NCBI RefSeq assembly: GCF_036365525.1 | Contig: NC_090373.1 | Coordinates: 97,683,461 to 97,747,460, forward strand | DNA from: Heterodontus francisci | Lineage: Eukaryota | Length of the DNA stretch: 64,000 nt | Direction: 5' to 3' | Shown here: positions 25,305-39,000 of the stretch, one piece after another | Numbering within the stretch: the first letter of the stretch is position 1 | Layout: each line of letters begins with the position of its first letter | Translations under genes and position numbers: made by a program | The notes under the pieces: model-generated | The model's database searches: none | Seen by the model: the letters and a program-made list of their open reading frames with translations, nothing else | What the model was told of the DNA's origin: nothing

Positions 25305-28304
25305 CAAAGAACAAAGAACAGTACAGCACAGGAACAGGCCATTCGGCCCACCAAGCCTGCGCCAATCATGATGTCTGAATAAACTAAAACCTTCTGCACT
25401 TCCGAGGTCCGTATCCCTCTATTCCCTTCCTATTCATGTATTTGTCAAGATGTCTCTTAAACGTCGCTATCATATATGCTTCCATCACCTATCCTGGCAG
25501 CAAGTTCCAGGCACTCACCACCCTCTGTGTAAAAAAAACTTGCCTCGCACATCCCCTCTAAACTTTGCCCCTCTCACCTTAAACCTATGTCCCCTAGTAA
25601 CTGACTCTTTCACCCTGGGAAAAAGCTTCTGACTATCCACTCTGTCCATGCCACTCATAACTTTGTAAACCTCTATCATTTCGCCCCTCCATCTCCGTCG
25701 TTCCAGTGAAAACAATCCAAGTTTATCCAACCCCTCCTCATAGCTAATACCCTCCAGACCAGGCAACATCCTGGTAAAACTCTTCTGTACCCTGTCCAAA
25801 GCCTCCACATCATTCTGGTATGTGGTGACCAGAATTGTACATAATATTCCAAGTGTGGCCTAACTAAAGTTCTGTACAGCTGCAGCACGACTTGCCAATA
25901 TTTATACTCAATGCCCCGACCGATGAAGGCAAGCATGCCGTATGCCTTTTTGACTACCTTATCCACCTGCGTTGCCACTTTCAGTGATCTGTGGACCTGT
26001 ACGCCCAGATCTCTCTGCCTGTCAATACTCCTAAGAGTTCTGCCATTTACTGTATACTTCCCACCTGTATTAGATCTTCCAAAATGCATTACCTCACATT
26101 TGTTCGGATTAAACTCCATCTACCATTTCTCCGCCCAAGTCTCCAACCGATCTATATCCTGCTGTATCCTCTGACAATCCTCATCATTATCCGCAACTCC
26201 ACCAACCTTTGTGTCGTTTTCAAACTTACTAATCAGACCAGCTACATCTTCCTCCAAATCATTTCTATATACTACAAACAGCAAAGATCCCAGCACTGAT
26301 CCCTGCAGAACACCACTAGTCACATCCCTCCATTCAGAAAAGCATCCTTCCACTGCTACCCTCTGTCTTCTATGACCGAGCCAATTCTGTATCCATCTTG
26401 CTAGCTCACCTCTGATCCCGTGTGACTTCACCTTTTGTACCAGCCTGCCATGAGGGATCTTGTCAAAGGCTTTACTGAATTCCATGTAGATAACATCCAG
26501 TGCCCTTCCTTCATCAATCATCTTCGTCACTTCCTCAAAAAACTCAATCAAGTTAGTGAGACACGACCTCCCCTTCACAAAACCATGCTGCCTCTCGTTA
26601 ATAAGTCCATTTGTTTCCAAATGGGAGTAAATCCTGTCCCAAAGAATCCTCTTCAATAATTTCCCTACCACTGACGTAAGGCTCACCGGCCTATAATTTC
26701 CTGGGTTATCCTTGCTACCCTTCTTAAACAAAGGAACAACATTGGCTATTCTCCAGTCCTCTGGGACCTCACCTGTAGCCATTGAGGATACAAAGATTTC
26801 TGTCAAGGCCCCGGCAATTTCCTCCCTTGCCTCCCTCAGTATTCTGGGGTAGATCCCATCAAGCACTGGGGACTTATCTACCTTAATGGTTTGCAAGACA
26901 CCCAACACCTCATCTTTTTTGATATCGACATGACCCAGCCTATCTACACTCCCTTCCCTAGACTCATCATCCACCAAGTCCTTCTCTTTGGTGAATACTG
27001 ATGCAAAATACTCATGCAGTACCTCACCCATTTCCTCTGGCTCAACGCATAGATTCCCTCCTCTGTCCTTGAGTGGGCCAACCCTTTCCCTGGCTACCCT
27101 CTTGCTCTTTATATACGTATAAAAAGCCTTGGGATTCTCCTTAATCCTGTTTGCTAATGACTTTTCATGACCCCTTTTCACCCTCCTGACTCCTTGCTTA
27201 AGTTCCTTCCTACTTTCTTTATATTCCTCAAGGGCTTTGTCTGTTCCCAGCCTTCTAGCCTTTACGAATGCTTCCTTACTAGGCTCACAATATCCCTCGT
27301 TATCCAAGGTTCCCGAAACTTATCCTTCATCCTCACAGGAACATGCTGGTCCTTGATTCTAATCAACTGACGTCTGAAAGACTCCCACATGTCAGATGTT
27401 GATTTACCCTCAAACTGCCGCCCCCAATCTAAATTCTTCAGTTCCTGCCTAATATTGTTATAATTAGCCTTCCCCCAGTTTAGCACCTTCACCCGAGGAC
27501 TACTCTTCTCCTTATCCGCAAGTACCTTAAAACTTATGGAATTATGGTCACTGTTCCTGAACTGCTCCCCTACTGAAACTTCGACCACCTGGCCGGGCTC
27601 ATTCCCCAATACCAGGTCCAATACGGCCCCTTCCCTAGTTGGACTATCTACATATTGTTTCAAGAAGCCCTCCTGGATGCTCCTTACAAATTCTGCCCTA
27701 TCCAAGCCCCTAGCACTAAGTGAATCCCAGTCAATATAGGGAAGTTAAAATCACCCACCACAACAACCCTGTTGCTTTTACATCTTTCCAAAGTCTGTCT
27801 ACATATCTGCTCCTCTACCTCCCGCTGGCTGTTGGAAGGCCTGTAGTAAACCCTCAACATTGTGACTGCACCCTTCCTATTCCTGAGCTCTACCCATATT
27901 GTCTCGCTGCATGATCCCTCTGAGGTGTCCTCCCGCAGTACAGCTGTGATATTCTCCTTAACCAGTCATGCAACTCCCCCACCCCTTTTACATCCCTTTT
28001 TATCCCGCCTGAAGCATCTCAATCCTGGAACGTTTAGCTGCCAATCCTGTCCTTCCCTCAACCAAGTCTCTGTAATAGCAACAATATCAGAGTTCCAAGT
28101 ACTAATCCAAACTCTAAGTTCATCTGCCTTACCTGTTATACTTTCATTGAAACAAATGCACTTCAGACCACCAGTCCCGCTGTGCTCAGCAACATCTCTC
28201 TACCTGCTCTTCTGCTCAGTCTTACTGGCCTTATTTCCCCTCAGTTATTTTACCTGTTGACCTACTGCTCTGGTTCCCACCCCCCCCTGCCACACTAGTT
28301 TAAA
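25305..28304 (-). mobile_element. CR1/HER1-like LINE ORF2, inverted and nested in another CR1
   Basis: ORFs 26120-27307 (RT) and 27262-27705 (APE end). Tail (tgttctt)n at 25305-25320. Short TSD TTTA (25301-25304 and 28305-28308). The host reads accctcacgacc|tttaagaagtatttag across the insertion. Confidence 0.92.
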
Positions 28305-28923
28305 TTTAAGAAGTATTTAGATGAGCACTTGAAATGCCATAGCATACAAGGCTACGGGCCAAGTGCTGGAAAATGGGATTAGGTGCTTAATGGCCGGCAC
28401 GGACACAATGGGCCGAAGGGCCTGTTTCTGTACTGTATGACTCTATGACTCTATGACAATGCTTCAGTTACATATCAGAACAATATAGAGTCATTATGGC
28501 TAGCCATTCAGCCCATCAGGTGCATGCTCTGTGATTGCTCTGTCGAGCTCTCTCACCATAGCCCTGCAAGTTTATTTCCCACAGCTGGCCATCCAATTTC
28601 TTTTTGAAATCATTGATCATCTTCGCTTCCACCACTCTCAATAACTGCTGCAAAGTGAACTTTTCAAAAGATATCTGTGAATCCAATTCCCCATCTAGGA
28701 TCTTCATTTTTAATTTTCTTAATGTTAGCACAGAGGCAAGCTTCCCATTGCCCAACAGAAGTTTGGATGCTTGCATGTATACACAATGCTTTTGTTACCT
28801 AACCCAAGAGTGATTCGGGGACAACAATAGAACTTGGGTTAACTGACCCACTTCAGTCTCAGCTGGTAGATGTGTAATTGTGCTGATGTTACATCCCTTA
28901 AAAGCAAAGCCAATTTAGACATA

Positions 28924-30800
28924 GGGCTAGAAATTGGTCTATCTCCATTTTTGGGGGCAGTGGCTGCAATTTGTGACACTGATTCTGATGGAGGTTGGGA
29001 ACACATCATTTTGGTATTCACATCTCATTTGCATGATTATAGCGTGGCCCTGAGTGGATCCCATGCTGCACTCATTTCTGCGGTGCTGCCTGAGGCCTCT
29101 GCATATTGCAAGGAGTTGAATAGCATTGCGAGCAAACCACATGCTCCGAACAGCCTTCCCTATTTAATGGCACAGTCCCTAAAAAAGGGAAACTGCAAAT
29201 GGAGTGAAAGCTGCTGGATAATCTGTGCAAGACTCAGGCTGAAAGGAGATGTCACAACGTACCATGTAGAGGCCTCTCCCACTCTTTGACATCACCCTGG
29301 AGGCACTGGTTACACAAGTGGAGGCCAGCGATGTCATGTTTCCACTGGGGGGCAGGAAGCTTTTGATGCAGAACCTTAGAAGTGAATGGGAACAGGTGGC
29401 AAGTGTTGTATGTTTGTTTGGTATGCTGCCACCTTTGTTAGTCTAGCTTAGAGAGATTCTGCAGTTTAGAGTAGTTAGAATAGTAATGTTTATTATAGTA
29501 TAACTATGTACCTCTTCACACTAGTCTGAGTGACTCCTCCAAAGCCATGGTGCACCTAGATTCAAGTCTCTCTCGCATGTGACCTCTTATATCATCATGG
29601 TAGGAGGTATTCTTTACACTCTCTCAAGTTTAATCCTTTCAGACCCTTATACTACAGCAAGGTTTGGTTAAATCACAGAGTGTCGCCCCAAGGGCATGGC
29701 AGCTGTGCTGACAGCAGTTGAATGGCCTCACACAGGTGGTCAAAGTGAGCGAAGGCATCTGCACATCACATTTTTTACCCTTCGCTCTGCCCATCTCTCA
29801 CACTGATGAATGAAACACACACTCATCACTCACCCAACAGCACTTCCTGGTACTCAGTACTTAGACCTAACATCCAGATACTCCACCTCACCCTCACACA
29901 CTTCCTACTGCTGCCAGCTTACACTCACTTCTCACTGCCTACACATTCTTCCAGCTATCCAACTATGGTAGGGACATCACCCAGACACAGTGCTACACAA
30001 TCACAGACATTCTGCCCTCTCTCTTGCAGGACAAGGAGGCACACAATAGAAGGGAGCAGAGAAGAAATGGTGAGAGACAAGGACACCTGTTTCTCCTGAG
30101 CCCTACAGAAAAGATCATTGTACCCATCATGGGGCTAGGGGGCCTGTGGCATCCGCTGTCTGAGAACATTGAGGAAGGTGACACGTTCCTGCTTGATGCC
30201 CCTTCTCAACTCCCAGCTCACCCTCATCCTGCTATCTGGCATGTAGAGCAAGCTGCTGATGGTGGTTCCCACTGCACCCCCTCCCTCACACCAACTTTCC
30301 CCTTCTGAGCTCATCCTGCCCAGGCACAGTAGCCCCAAGAAAAGGAAAGGGAGCAACAGCCCTAATGAAGAGGCTCTAACACCTGATCGGACACTCGCAG
30401 TCACCACCTCAGATACTGGCACTGCACTTACCTTGGAGGTCAGTATAGAAGTGGGATCAGCATGTGATGAATCATCCAGGCACAAGTGGGCTGCAGTCAA
30501 GCCAGGGGTAAAGGATAGTTTGTGTGCTAGCTCACCAGAGGCGAGGTGGCAAACGAGTCCCGCTGCAGAGAAATCAGCTATGGATTTCGATGGGGCAGCA
30601 TACAGGAGAGTACTGAATGGGCATGCTGGGTGCATTGGTGGCCTGCCAGACAGCCTCCTGTCACTGTAAAAGAATATTGAGGACACTGTCTCCAACTTGG
30701 CAGAGGGTATGTTGCGGAGCTTTCCCTCTCAGCAGCCTTTGCTCCATCTCCCTATCATCCTGTAGATGCAGAGGCACTGCTGTCCCCATAGCTGTTGCAG
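28924..30800 (+). mobile_element. Old PIF/Harbinger remnant (Myb/SANT-like gene exons)
   Basis: ALVTQVEA...FPLGGRKL...EWEQVA...W.LC..QLNGLTQVVK|gtgag, then an acceptor and DKEAHNRREQRRNG. Same exon layout as the 13222 element. Boundaries are uncertain. Confidence 0.55.
29404..29656 (-). mobile_element. Short solo LTR (253 bp) inserted in a Harbinger Myb exon
   Basis: TGTTGTA...TACTACA termini and a perfect 5-bp TSD GCAAG (29399-29403 and 29657-29661). Minus-strand AATAAA at ~29488-29493. Confidence 0.8.
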
Positions 30801-32176
30801 CCTTTGTGTGGACAGATCACCTACTTATTATGCCCCCACCACCACCCCCAGCCAACATGAGAATGCAACAGCACTCTCTGCCAAATCCTGGAACTCACCA
30901 AAACACCTCCAAGAACACTCCAGACTATGTCAAAACACATTGCAATAGAAAAGGTTACAAGAAATTACTTCATCTTAACTATCACTACTGCAGGACCCAT
31001 CTTGCAATTTCATACTTCTTTTTTCTTAAGTGAACATTGAAGACACTGCTTGCACATGCAAGGGGCACACCTGTAAGCACCCTTATCCTCAAAGAACGCA
31101 TGTGGGCTGCACAGGAAGCAGCCAGCAGCGCGGGCCACACATGAATCGCAGCGTCACACTCTGCACCCATAGTATTTCTGAAATCAATAGCTGGAATTTG
31201 TGCAGTGGATTACATGACAAATCAACTGAATATCATAAAACCTGAGGTGTCACAGTGCTTTTTGAAGCAGAAGCAATGCTTAATGATTGAAATTTTGTTG
31301 TCAAATGAACCTGTACCATAAGCTCACATTGCCTTATACATGGTCAGAGGTAATGAACACATGTTAGTAGCACAGTGCTAATTTGAACTTTTTTTACAGC
31401 ATGATAATGAATTGAGTTTCACAGATGAAGACTTAATGCACTTTGAATGAAAGAAGAAAGACAGATCAAGTAGGACAAAAATGCTAGCTCTTGAAGGCAT
31501 AATTTGTGTATTTAAAAATTGCAAAATTAGTCTGAACTACAGAATGCCTGTGAGGACTGCTAACAACAATCATTTGAAGAAAAAAGTTCTCATTTTCAGA
31601 GAGGAGACTATAATGTGGTTTTCTGTATGAGGACTGCAATTTGCATAAAAGATTCCAGAATATTGTTTTTTGAGAGCATCGGGAGTGATTTTAAATTGCT
31701 GGACCAACAAAACCTTTACCTTATTCCTAAATAATTCTCTGGGGCAAAAATGAATCATGGTTAACTTGGTGAGCAGTATATTGAAGAATGCTTCTAGCTT
31801 TCTCTGGAACAGGGAGGCCCAAACTGTGACAGAAAATCCTCAGGTCTCATTGTAATAATAATGGGGAGTTGCTGGTGCCTGTTCCACCTCCAGAGGCAGC
31901 TCACACACTTGCCAGAATCCTATCTGAACTGCTTGTCTCACTGAGAGTTACCCTCAGGTAGGACTTGGGAGAAATAAGGAGAATGGAAATGGGAGCTGAC
32001 GTTGACAGACAGCAGCATGCGGTCATACTGTGGAGCTGGGAGCAGTCATCAGTGTATGTATAAAACAAAGCTTACATTTTTGGCGGCAGCCCTTTAAAGC
32101 CTGGAGCCTGCACCACTCTGCACTGCTGAATTTCCTAGAGGGCTCCTGAGACAGTTATTAGGACTCTGATTTTCAT

Positions 32177-32371
32177 GTAAAAGCAAAATACTGCAGATGC
32201 TGGAAAATCGAAATAAAAACAGAAAGTCCCTTTTGTTCTCTTACTCACCAAACCACCACCATCACCACCACCCCCACCCCCGCCACCCCCACCACCTGCC
32301 TTCACTTGCTTAAAATCTAATTCTTTTCTAACCTTTGCCAGTTCAGATGTAAGGCCACAGACCTGAAACAT
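32177..32371. mobile_element. Penelope-type terminal repeat fragments in inverted arrangement, with a degenerate hammerhead core
   Basis: aaaagcaaaatactgcagatgctggaaa...aaataaaaacagaaagt (same as 63713) followed by the opposite-orientation part ending ccagttcagatgtaaggccacagacctgaaacat. Another piece lies at 33031-33116. Confidence 0.6.
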
Positions 32372-32372
32372 C

Positions 32373-33521
32373 GGGCTGAATTTTACTGGCCCCTCAATGC
32401 CGTGGGTCGCAGTGTGGGGGCTGGTAAAATTCTGCGGGGAGGGGCATGCCTCAACCCCTGACATTGAGAAGGACACGCCGCATAGTACCGGCAGTGGGGG
32501 GACCTCAATGTGGCCCGCCCACCGCTCATCGGCGGTACCCCAATTACCATATTCAAAACAGTATTTACCTCTGCAGATTATGCAGCCCACTATCTCTCAA
32601 TGCACACTTCTGGATTATACGTTGAACAGGCAGTCATCACGTACCGTCCCGTTCCCGAACAGAAAAGCTGGTGGGTCATCAGAGGCAGAAGGTTTCTCTA
32701 CTGAAGGTAAGTTCAGATATTTTGGGGTCTCACTCTGCATACTGGAAGGAAGGAGGGAGGGGGTGGCATCACAGGGGTCTCAGCTCTGCATTCGAAAAGC
32801 GAGGAGGGAGGGGGTCTAGGATTACTGGAGGGAAAGCTCTGCAGGCATGAAGGGAGGTTCTGTGTACCCTCTCTCCGTAAACAGTGTACGTTCTGCATTT
32901 GTTTCTGTGTGTGAAGGAGCAATGGCACTCTAGTCACCCTAAGTGTGGGGAGGGTGCCAGAAAGGGTGGGAGCGTTAAGGCTGCATGGATGGTGGGGGCA
33001 ATCGTTGCAGCTGGCAGGAGAGCCCCAGCTAGTCACAGACCTGAAAGTTAACTCTGCGTCTCTCTCCACAAATGCTGCCTGACCTGCTGGGTTCCTGCAG
33101 CACTTTCTGCTTTGCTGCCTGATTGACAGCAGCCCCACTCTTCAACAGTGAGGTAAGTATTTCTTTGGCAGCTGTCAGAAAGCAGGTGCTGGGGTGCTTA
33201 AATAGGGCACCAGCACCTGCTGCACAGTTGTCACATGGTTCCTCACTGCGCCGGATGTCCCGCCTCCCCCCTTGTAATATGGGGGGTGGGGGGGGGTGAC
33301 GTGGGGAGGAGGCAGCTCGACACAGTGATGCTAATGAGCCCCGTGCGTAATATTGTGGGGGCTCGGTGGCGGCTGCTGAATGCGGGCATGCCACCGAGTT
33401 TAAAGGGCGCTGCTGCAGAGCGCGGTGCCCGAATAAAATTCAGGCCATTAACTCTGCTTCTCTCACCACCAACTTCACAGCGTGCTGCAGCAGCGCTCGG
33501 CATGCTGATAAAATTTAGCCC
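32373..33521. mobile_element. Non-autonomous Harbinger-type element
   Basis: TIR-like GGGCTGAATTTT (32373) and AAAATTTAGCCC (33510-33521), GC-rich interior, no clean TSD. Confidence 0.6.
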
Positions 33522-35299
33522 CTTAATAGTACAACACTTCAGTGAAGCATCAACCTAGATTATGCACTCATGTCTCTCGAGTTGCAAGATGAATTTCTAA
33601 CTCAGAGGCATGAATACTTCCACTGAGGCTGCCACCTAATAAGATGCTTGGCAGACTGAAAATAGACCATCCTGCCCTAATTTGATACCTTTTAGTTTTT
33701 GTGACTGTTCTATGATATGATCATTTAAATATTGAATAAGTCATGGAACATCCTTCAAAAGACTGGGAAGGTTATTTGAGGCTCTGATGGAGCAAAATAA
33801 AATCTTATTGGCTGTGCTATTCGATGTCATTAAGACTGGGACATAAGACAAATACTTTAATCTCCTTAAAATACTTCTACCTGTAGTTGAATAATAGCCT
33901 TGGTTCATACACACGTCCAGAGAAATGACAAAAAGATTCCTGTGTGAACATTAAAATCATGTTTAGACTGGTATTAATAGTATCTGGTTATGATCCTGGA
34001 AACATCCTTCATGAACATTACCCATCACGATAACACCAGGAAAGGTACTGATAGTTTTATAATTAGCATTGATAGAAAATTAAGAAAGTCAACTGTTGAA
34101 CAATATATTTTTATTTTTATGTGCTGACCTATTGTGCAAAACATTCGAATACATGCTAATATTGTGTAATGCATAAAGTAAAATATTACAAATCCTCTTC
34201 TACCTTTCTTGTGAAATATTCTATATTGTAAATACTTCTGCATTCTGTAAATGTTAAAATAAATTATATGATCTATTCGCTGAAAATCCTATATAATGTA
34301 TTTTTGACAGGTTACTTTGGCCCTCAGTCATTTCAGAAAGAATAGCAAAATATTAAACCAATATGTGGAGGAAATCTGAGCATTAATTAAGAGGATTAAT
34401 AATGTGTTAGCTCAGGAAATATTCTTTAAATGCTGCATTTATATTGAGAAATATATATATTTAAATTATTGGTTCTTTAAATTGAAAAATGGATATTTCT
34501 TCATGCATATTTATATGCTACATATTATAACTTACCTAAAATATCTGAGAAATGTTGCTCATGCACCATGCTATTTTAGTCAAGATCATGTAAATACAAC
34601 TACAAATATCATAATAGCAATTAATATATTCAATGTTAGAAAACTTAATACACACTGTACTTTTAATGTTATATTAAATACTTGCTATATAAATACATAT
34701 GAAGGAATATACAGCTTCAACATAAAGAGCCAATAATTTAAATTGATAAGCAAACATCTTTTTCATGACATATATCAATCATACATTAAAATTCAAACCT
34801 ATGTAATGCGTTGCATTGAAATCTGCTATATAAACCTTCCATGCATGAATTCTGATGTTAAAGTACCAGCACTTACCTGTAGCTATTACTTATATACTAG
34901 GTGATACCCTAATGGGAAGTCCAGTGTTAAATGACCAGCAATGATTATCTGATAGGCCACTAGGTAGTGGTATATTTTCCCGACAAATAACTCAAAATGA
35001 AAGCAAATCTGGCAATATTACTCAGGACTGAAAATTCTAAGCTGCAAAATATGGTTTTAAGTAAATTTAAAAAGTAAAATAATTGTACATTTTACAATAT
35101 GATTACATTGAATTGTTTGATATGCCTTTTAATGACTTCATATTACCTTTTGCTTGAGAAGCTCAGTCTCTCCCAAAGACTTAATGCTTTTGACTGAGAA
35201 TATGCAGGATACCTAGTTTCCCAGGAGCATTAGTATTATTTAATCAACTGAACAGCTGGAATATTTTTTTCAGCTTCTAGCAGTTACTGATCACAGATT

Positions 35300-35980
35300 A
35301 CATCGGATTAAATAGATCATACAGCACAGAAATAGGCAATTCAGCCCAATCAGCCCAGGCTCCATTCGAGCCTTCTGCTATTCTTCCTCTTTTAACTATC
35401 AGCATAACCCTCTATTCCCTTCTCCCTCATATGCTTATCTAGCTTCCCCTTAAATGCATCTATACTATTCACCTCAACTACTCTCTATAAAAGTAAGTTC
35501 CAATTTCTCACCACTCTCTGGGTAAAGAAGTTTCTTCTGAATTCCCTATTTGATTATTTCTTGGTGACTACCCTATATTGGTGGCTTCCAGTTTTGCTCT
35601 TCCCCACAAGCGGAAACATTCTCTTTGTGCTTATTCTATCAAAACCTTTCCTAATTTTAAAAACTTCTATTAGGTCATCCCTCAGCATTCTCTTTACAAG
35701 GAAAAAGAAATCCAGCCCGCTCATTCATTCCTTGCAGTTCTGGTATCATCCTTACAAATCTTTTTTGCACCCTCTCCAGTGCTTCTATCTCTTTTTTTAT
35801 AATATGGCAGCTAAAACTGTACGCAGTATTCCAGGTATGGTCTAATTAACATTTAATACAAGTTTGGCAAGACTTAACTGTTTTTCAATTCTAACCCTCA
35901 AAAGTAAACCCTAGTGCTTGGTTTGCTCTGTTTATGACCTTGTTAATCTGAGTCACAACTTTTATTGATTTAGTATATTT
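35300..35980 (-). mobile_element. Decayed CR1 LINE 3' end
   Basis: atacagcacagaaataggcaattcagccc...ccactctctgggtaaagaagtttcttctgaattccc...tttttgcaccctctccagtgc is the reverse complement of a CR1 3' region. Confidence 0.75.
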
Positions 35981-36088
35981 GGTTTTCAAAGTAATGTGAA
36001 GAACAATAAGAAATATTTTTAAAAGTTTTATTAAATAATGTTTATCTTGAGTGTGTTTGTTTTAAGTAGAGAACTTGTGTGTGTCTAT

Positions 36089-39000
36089 GGGCTGGATTTT
36101 CGGGTTCTGTCGGCAGACAGAGGTCCAAAATACTAGCCATGTTCACAGGGCTGGGGGAGGGCAGGCCCATGATCCTGCCAGATCGCTGATTAAGGCCAAT
36201 TAAGCTGGTTAGGGAGCTCATTAATGGGGGATGTTGTGATTTTCGTGGGGGCACGCGGGCTGCAAACACTGTCTGGGGCAGACCAGTTGAAGGGTGGCAG
36301 GTACACAGTGGGGAGCCAGTCATGGCTGCCCCAGGGAATTACCTGGGCCCCATACAAGGGTGAATGGCATAGAGGGGGACTCGGCCAATGACAAACAAGT
36401 GCCTTTGGGACAGTGCAGGTGGCAGGGAGAGTGGGCAGTAAGCACTTGGGCAGTGCAGGGTGTCATCACTCTCCTGGCAAGGCACGGGCATAAGAGCAGG
36501 GGGCAAGGCTACCAAGGACAATTGGGTGACCACTTGACCACAAGGAAGGCAGCAGATGGCAGCGGGGGCACAATTCTTAGATTTTGGGCCCAGTTGTGAT
36601 GAGGAGCAACACTCTCACCAGGAAGGATGGAGCCCCTGGCATCAGGAGGGCAAAGGAGAGGAATGAGGGACAGGAAGGACATGGAGGCCATACCCTCAGC
36701 ATAGGGTCTACTGGCAAAGATGAAGCTACCCAGAGATGACTGAGATCCAGTGCTGCAGGAGACCATGATTCTCCAGGCACAGAGCTCTGTTATCTCGTCT
36801 CCGAAGACCTCACACCTCGCAGCACTGCTCACCAAGTCCTGACAGTAGCCATCAAAGTCACTGTGGCTTTGAACGTCTTCACTTCTCTCTCCTTCCAAAG
36901 ATCAGCTTTGGACCTTGGTGGCATCTCACAAACGGCAGCAACACCACTACATCTCACAGGTCACTGATGCCCGATTTGTCAGAACTGGACACTATATTCA
37001 GTTCATGAATGTGACCTCGCAGGCACAGCAGGCAGTGGGTTTCACCACCATCTCTAGACTCCCCCAGGTGCAGGGCGTCATTGATTGCACCCATGTGGCC
37101 ATCAAGGCACTGAGTGACGGCATAATCAGATTCATCAACAGAAAGGGCTTCGACTCCCTCAATGTTCAGCTGCTCTGCGACCATAACAACAGCTTCCTCC
37201 ATGTGTGCACTTGCTTTCCTGACAGCTGCTATGACTCCTCCATCCTCTGCCATTCCAGTCTGCCACTGTTCTTCACTCCAACCCCTAATGTCTGTGAATT
37301 GATCCCAGCTGAGAAGCCCAGACAGAGGCACTGAGGCGATACAACCAAAGCCATCTGCTCACTAGGACCACCATTGAGCAGGCAAACGGGCTTCTGAAGA
37401 TGCTGTTCCATTTCCTGGACCACTCTGGTGGCATCCTGCAATACACTCCTGCTAGGGTCTCACTCATCATGGTGGTTTGCTGTGCTGTCCATTATGTGGC
37501 CCTCCCAGAGAGGTGTGGACCTTGAGGACAGTGAGGCCCTGGAAAGAGATAGCTCATCAGAGAAAGAGGAGGAGCAGGAAGGAAGAGGAGGCAGAGGGAG
37601 AGGATGCAGGACACCAACGTTCTCTGCCTGCATAGGGAAGTGCCGGCACAGCGCAGGGCTCAAAGTTCGGTCAGGATGCCATGAATTTCACAGATCATCA
37701 GATTCAGGCACATTTCATCTGAGCTCCTCTAACCCAGGATGAAGGGAATCATCAGGAACTCACCCTGAGCAGCCTGGAACATGCCAACTGTTAATGCCAA
37801 TGAATGATGCACATCTGCCTGGAGGTTTTGCTATCTCTGTTGAGGAACCCTTGATCTCCTTCACCACCTCATACCTCAATAAAAGGAGTCTCATATATGT
37901 GCCTTCAAGTGTCATTATTTACACAGTGCTCAGAAAGGTAAACAGTACACAGTTACAGGAAGAAGACCCAATCAGGACTCCACTTGGCCACTCTTATGCA
38001 GTGGCCCTGGATGAGGTGGAGGCAGCCTGCTCATTTGTCTTGACTTGAGGCTGAGATGCACATGGTGGTCATCCTCATTGTGGAGATGCCAGTGGGGATC
38101 TCCAGAGGCTGCATCTGCAGCATTGCGGAGGCAATTTCCGTCACTGGGCCCGCCTGCACAGATGGTTCCTCTGTCAGAGGGGCCAAGGAGGACGAGGATG
38201 ATTAAGGTGCCTTGTGAGGGATGACACCCTCATCCTCCTCAGTAACATCCTCAGCCCTTGGATAACATTCTGTATGGCTGGAGGGGAGCACCAGCTGGGC
38301 AGCAACTGGTTTCCCCTCCAAAGGTCTCTACGCCACCAGTGCCACTGATGAGTCCAGGCTAAATAATGTGCCTCGCATCCTGTGTATGTCAGTGTGTAGT
38401 TCCTGCATCCACTCCTTAAAGTGTTGCCACATATGGTCTTCCATGAGGTTGGCCACTGTCTCCAGGAACGAGCTCATGCACTCATAGCCCCGAGCAATGG
38501 TGACACACTTGAGCTGGATGGACTCCTCCATTCTCTGCCCATGACCCCGCACTGCCTCAGAGAACTCCAATGTCTGGGAACATAGCTGCTGCTGCTGGGC
38601 TAGTTAGAACCTCCTTTCCAGTGACTCCTGAGGCCCTGCATCTGTGCCCAGCTGAGCAGGGCTGTGTCTGTCCTCCCTCCTCCGAGGGGAACAGCCCACA
38701 GCTGCCTCTGGCACCTCCTCCTTCACACCAGTGCTGTGCTCCTCACCTAGTGCCACCCTATGAGGACCCACTGAGATGAGTGTATCTGCACTGGTGGATG
38801 GTGTGCTTGTAAGGTGTGATGATGCTTCTTCAAATCCTTGCTGGTCATCTTGACTGGGTGATGGAGAGGGAGATGGCCTCCCTGGGAGGACGTCTGCACC
38901 TATGTGAAACACAAGAAGAGATCTTGAGAACCAGCCTTGGAGAGCAGAAGCTTCCCAATGCAACACAGTGTTTGTCATGCTGTTGGCTGGGGTGAAGTGC

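Larger units (their letters stand above)
20954..28457 (+). mobile_element. Near full-length CR1 LINE (5' UTR, ORF1 zinc finger/esterase, ORF2 APE-RT, 3' tail) with two nested insertions
   Basis: ORF1 from 21256: CSSCAMW...CRKC and SGNH-esterase motifs GDSIVR, HIGTND, DRLHLN. ORF2: FNARSL, ITETW, GDFN, NYRPV, DFSKAFD, PQGSVLGP. Resumes at 28305 and ends in (tatgactc)n at 28436-28457. Many stops and frameshifts. Confidence 0.92.

Noticed and set aside
32252-32300. Poly-Gly coding segment in ORF 32135-32590
   Set aside because: It is a (CCA/CCC)n low-complexity tract inside a Penelope-type repeat.
34025-34736. AT-rich ORFs (72 and 110 aa)
   Set aside because: No recognisable motifs, and composition is typical of non-coding AT-rich DNA.
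36915-37334. Domesticated HARBI1-like host gene (also 54394-54903 and 60661-61020)
   Set aside because: All three are frameshifted, and two lie between TIRs, so they are decayed transposases.
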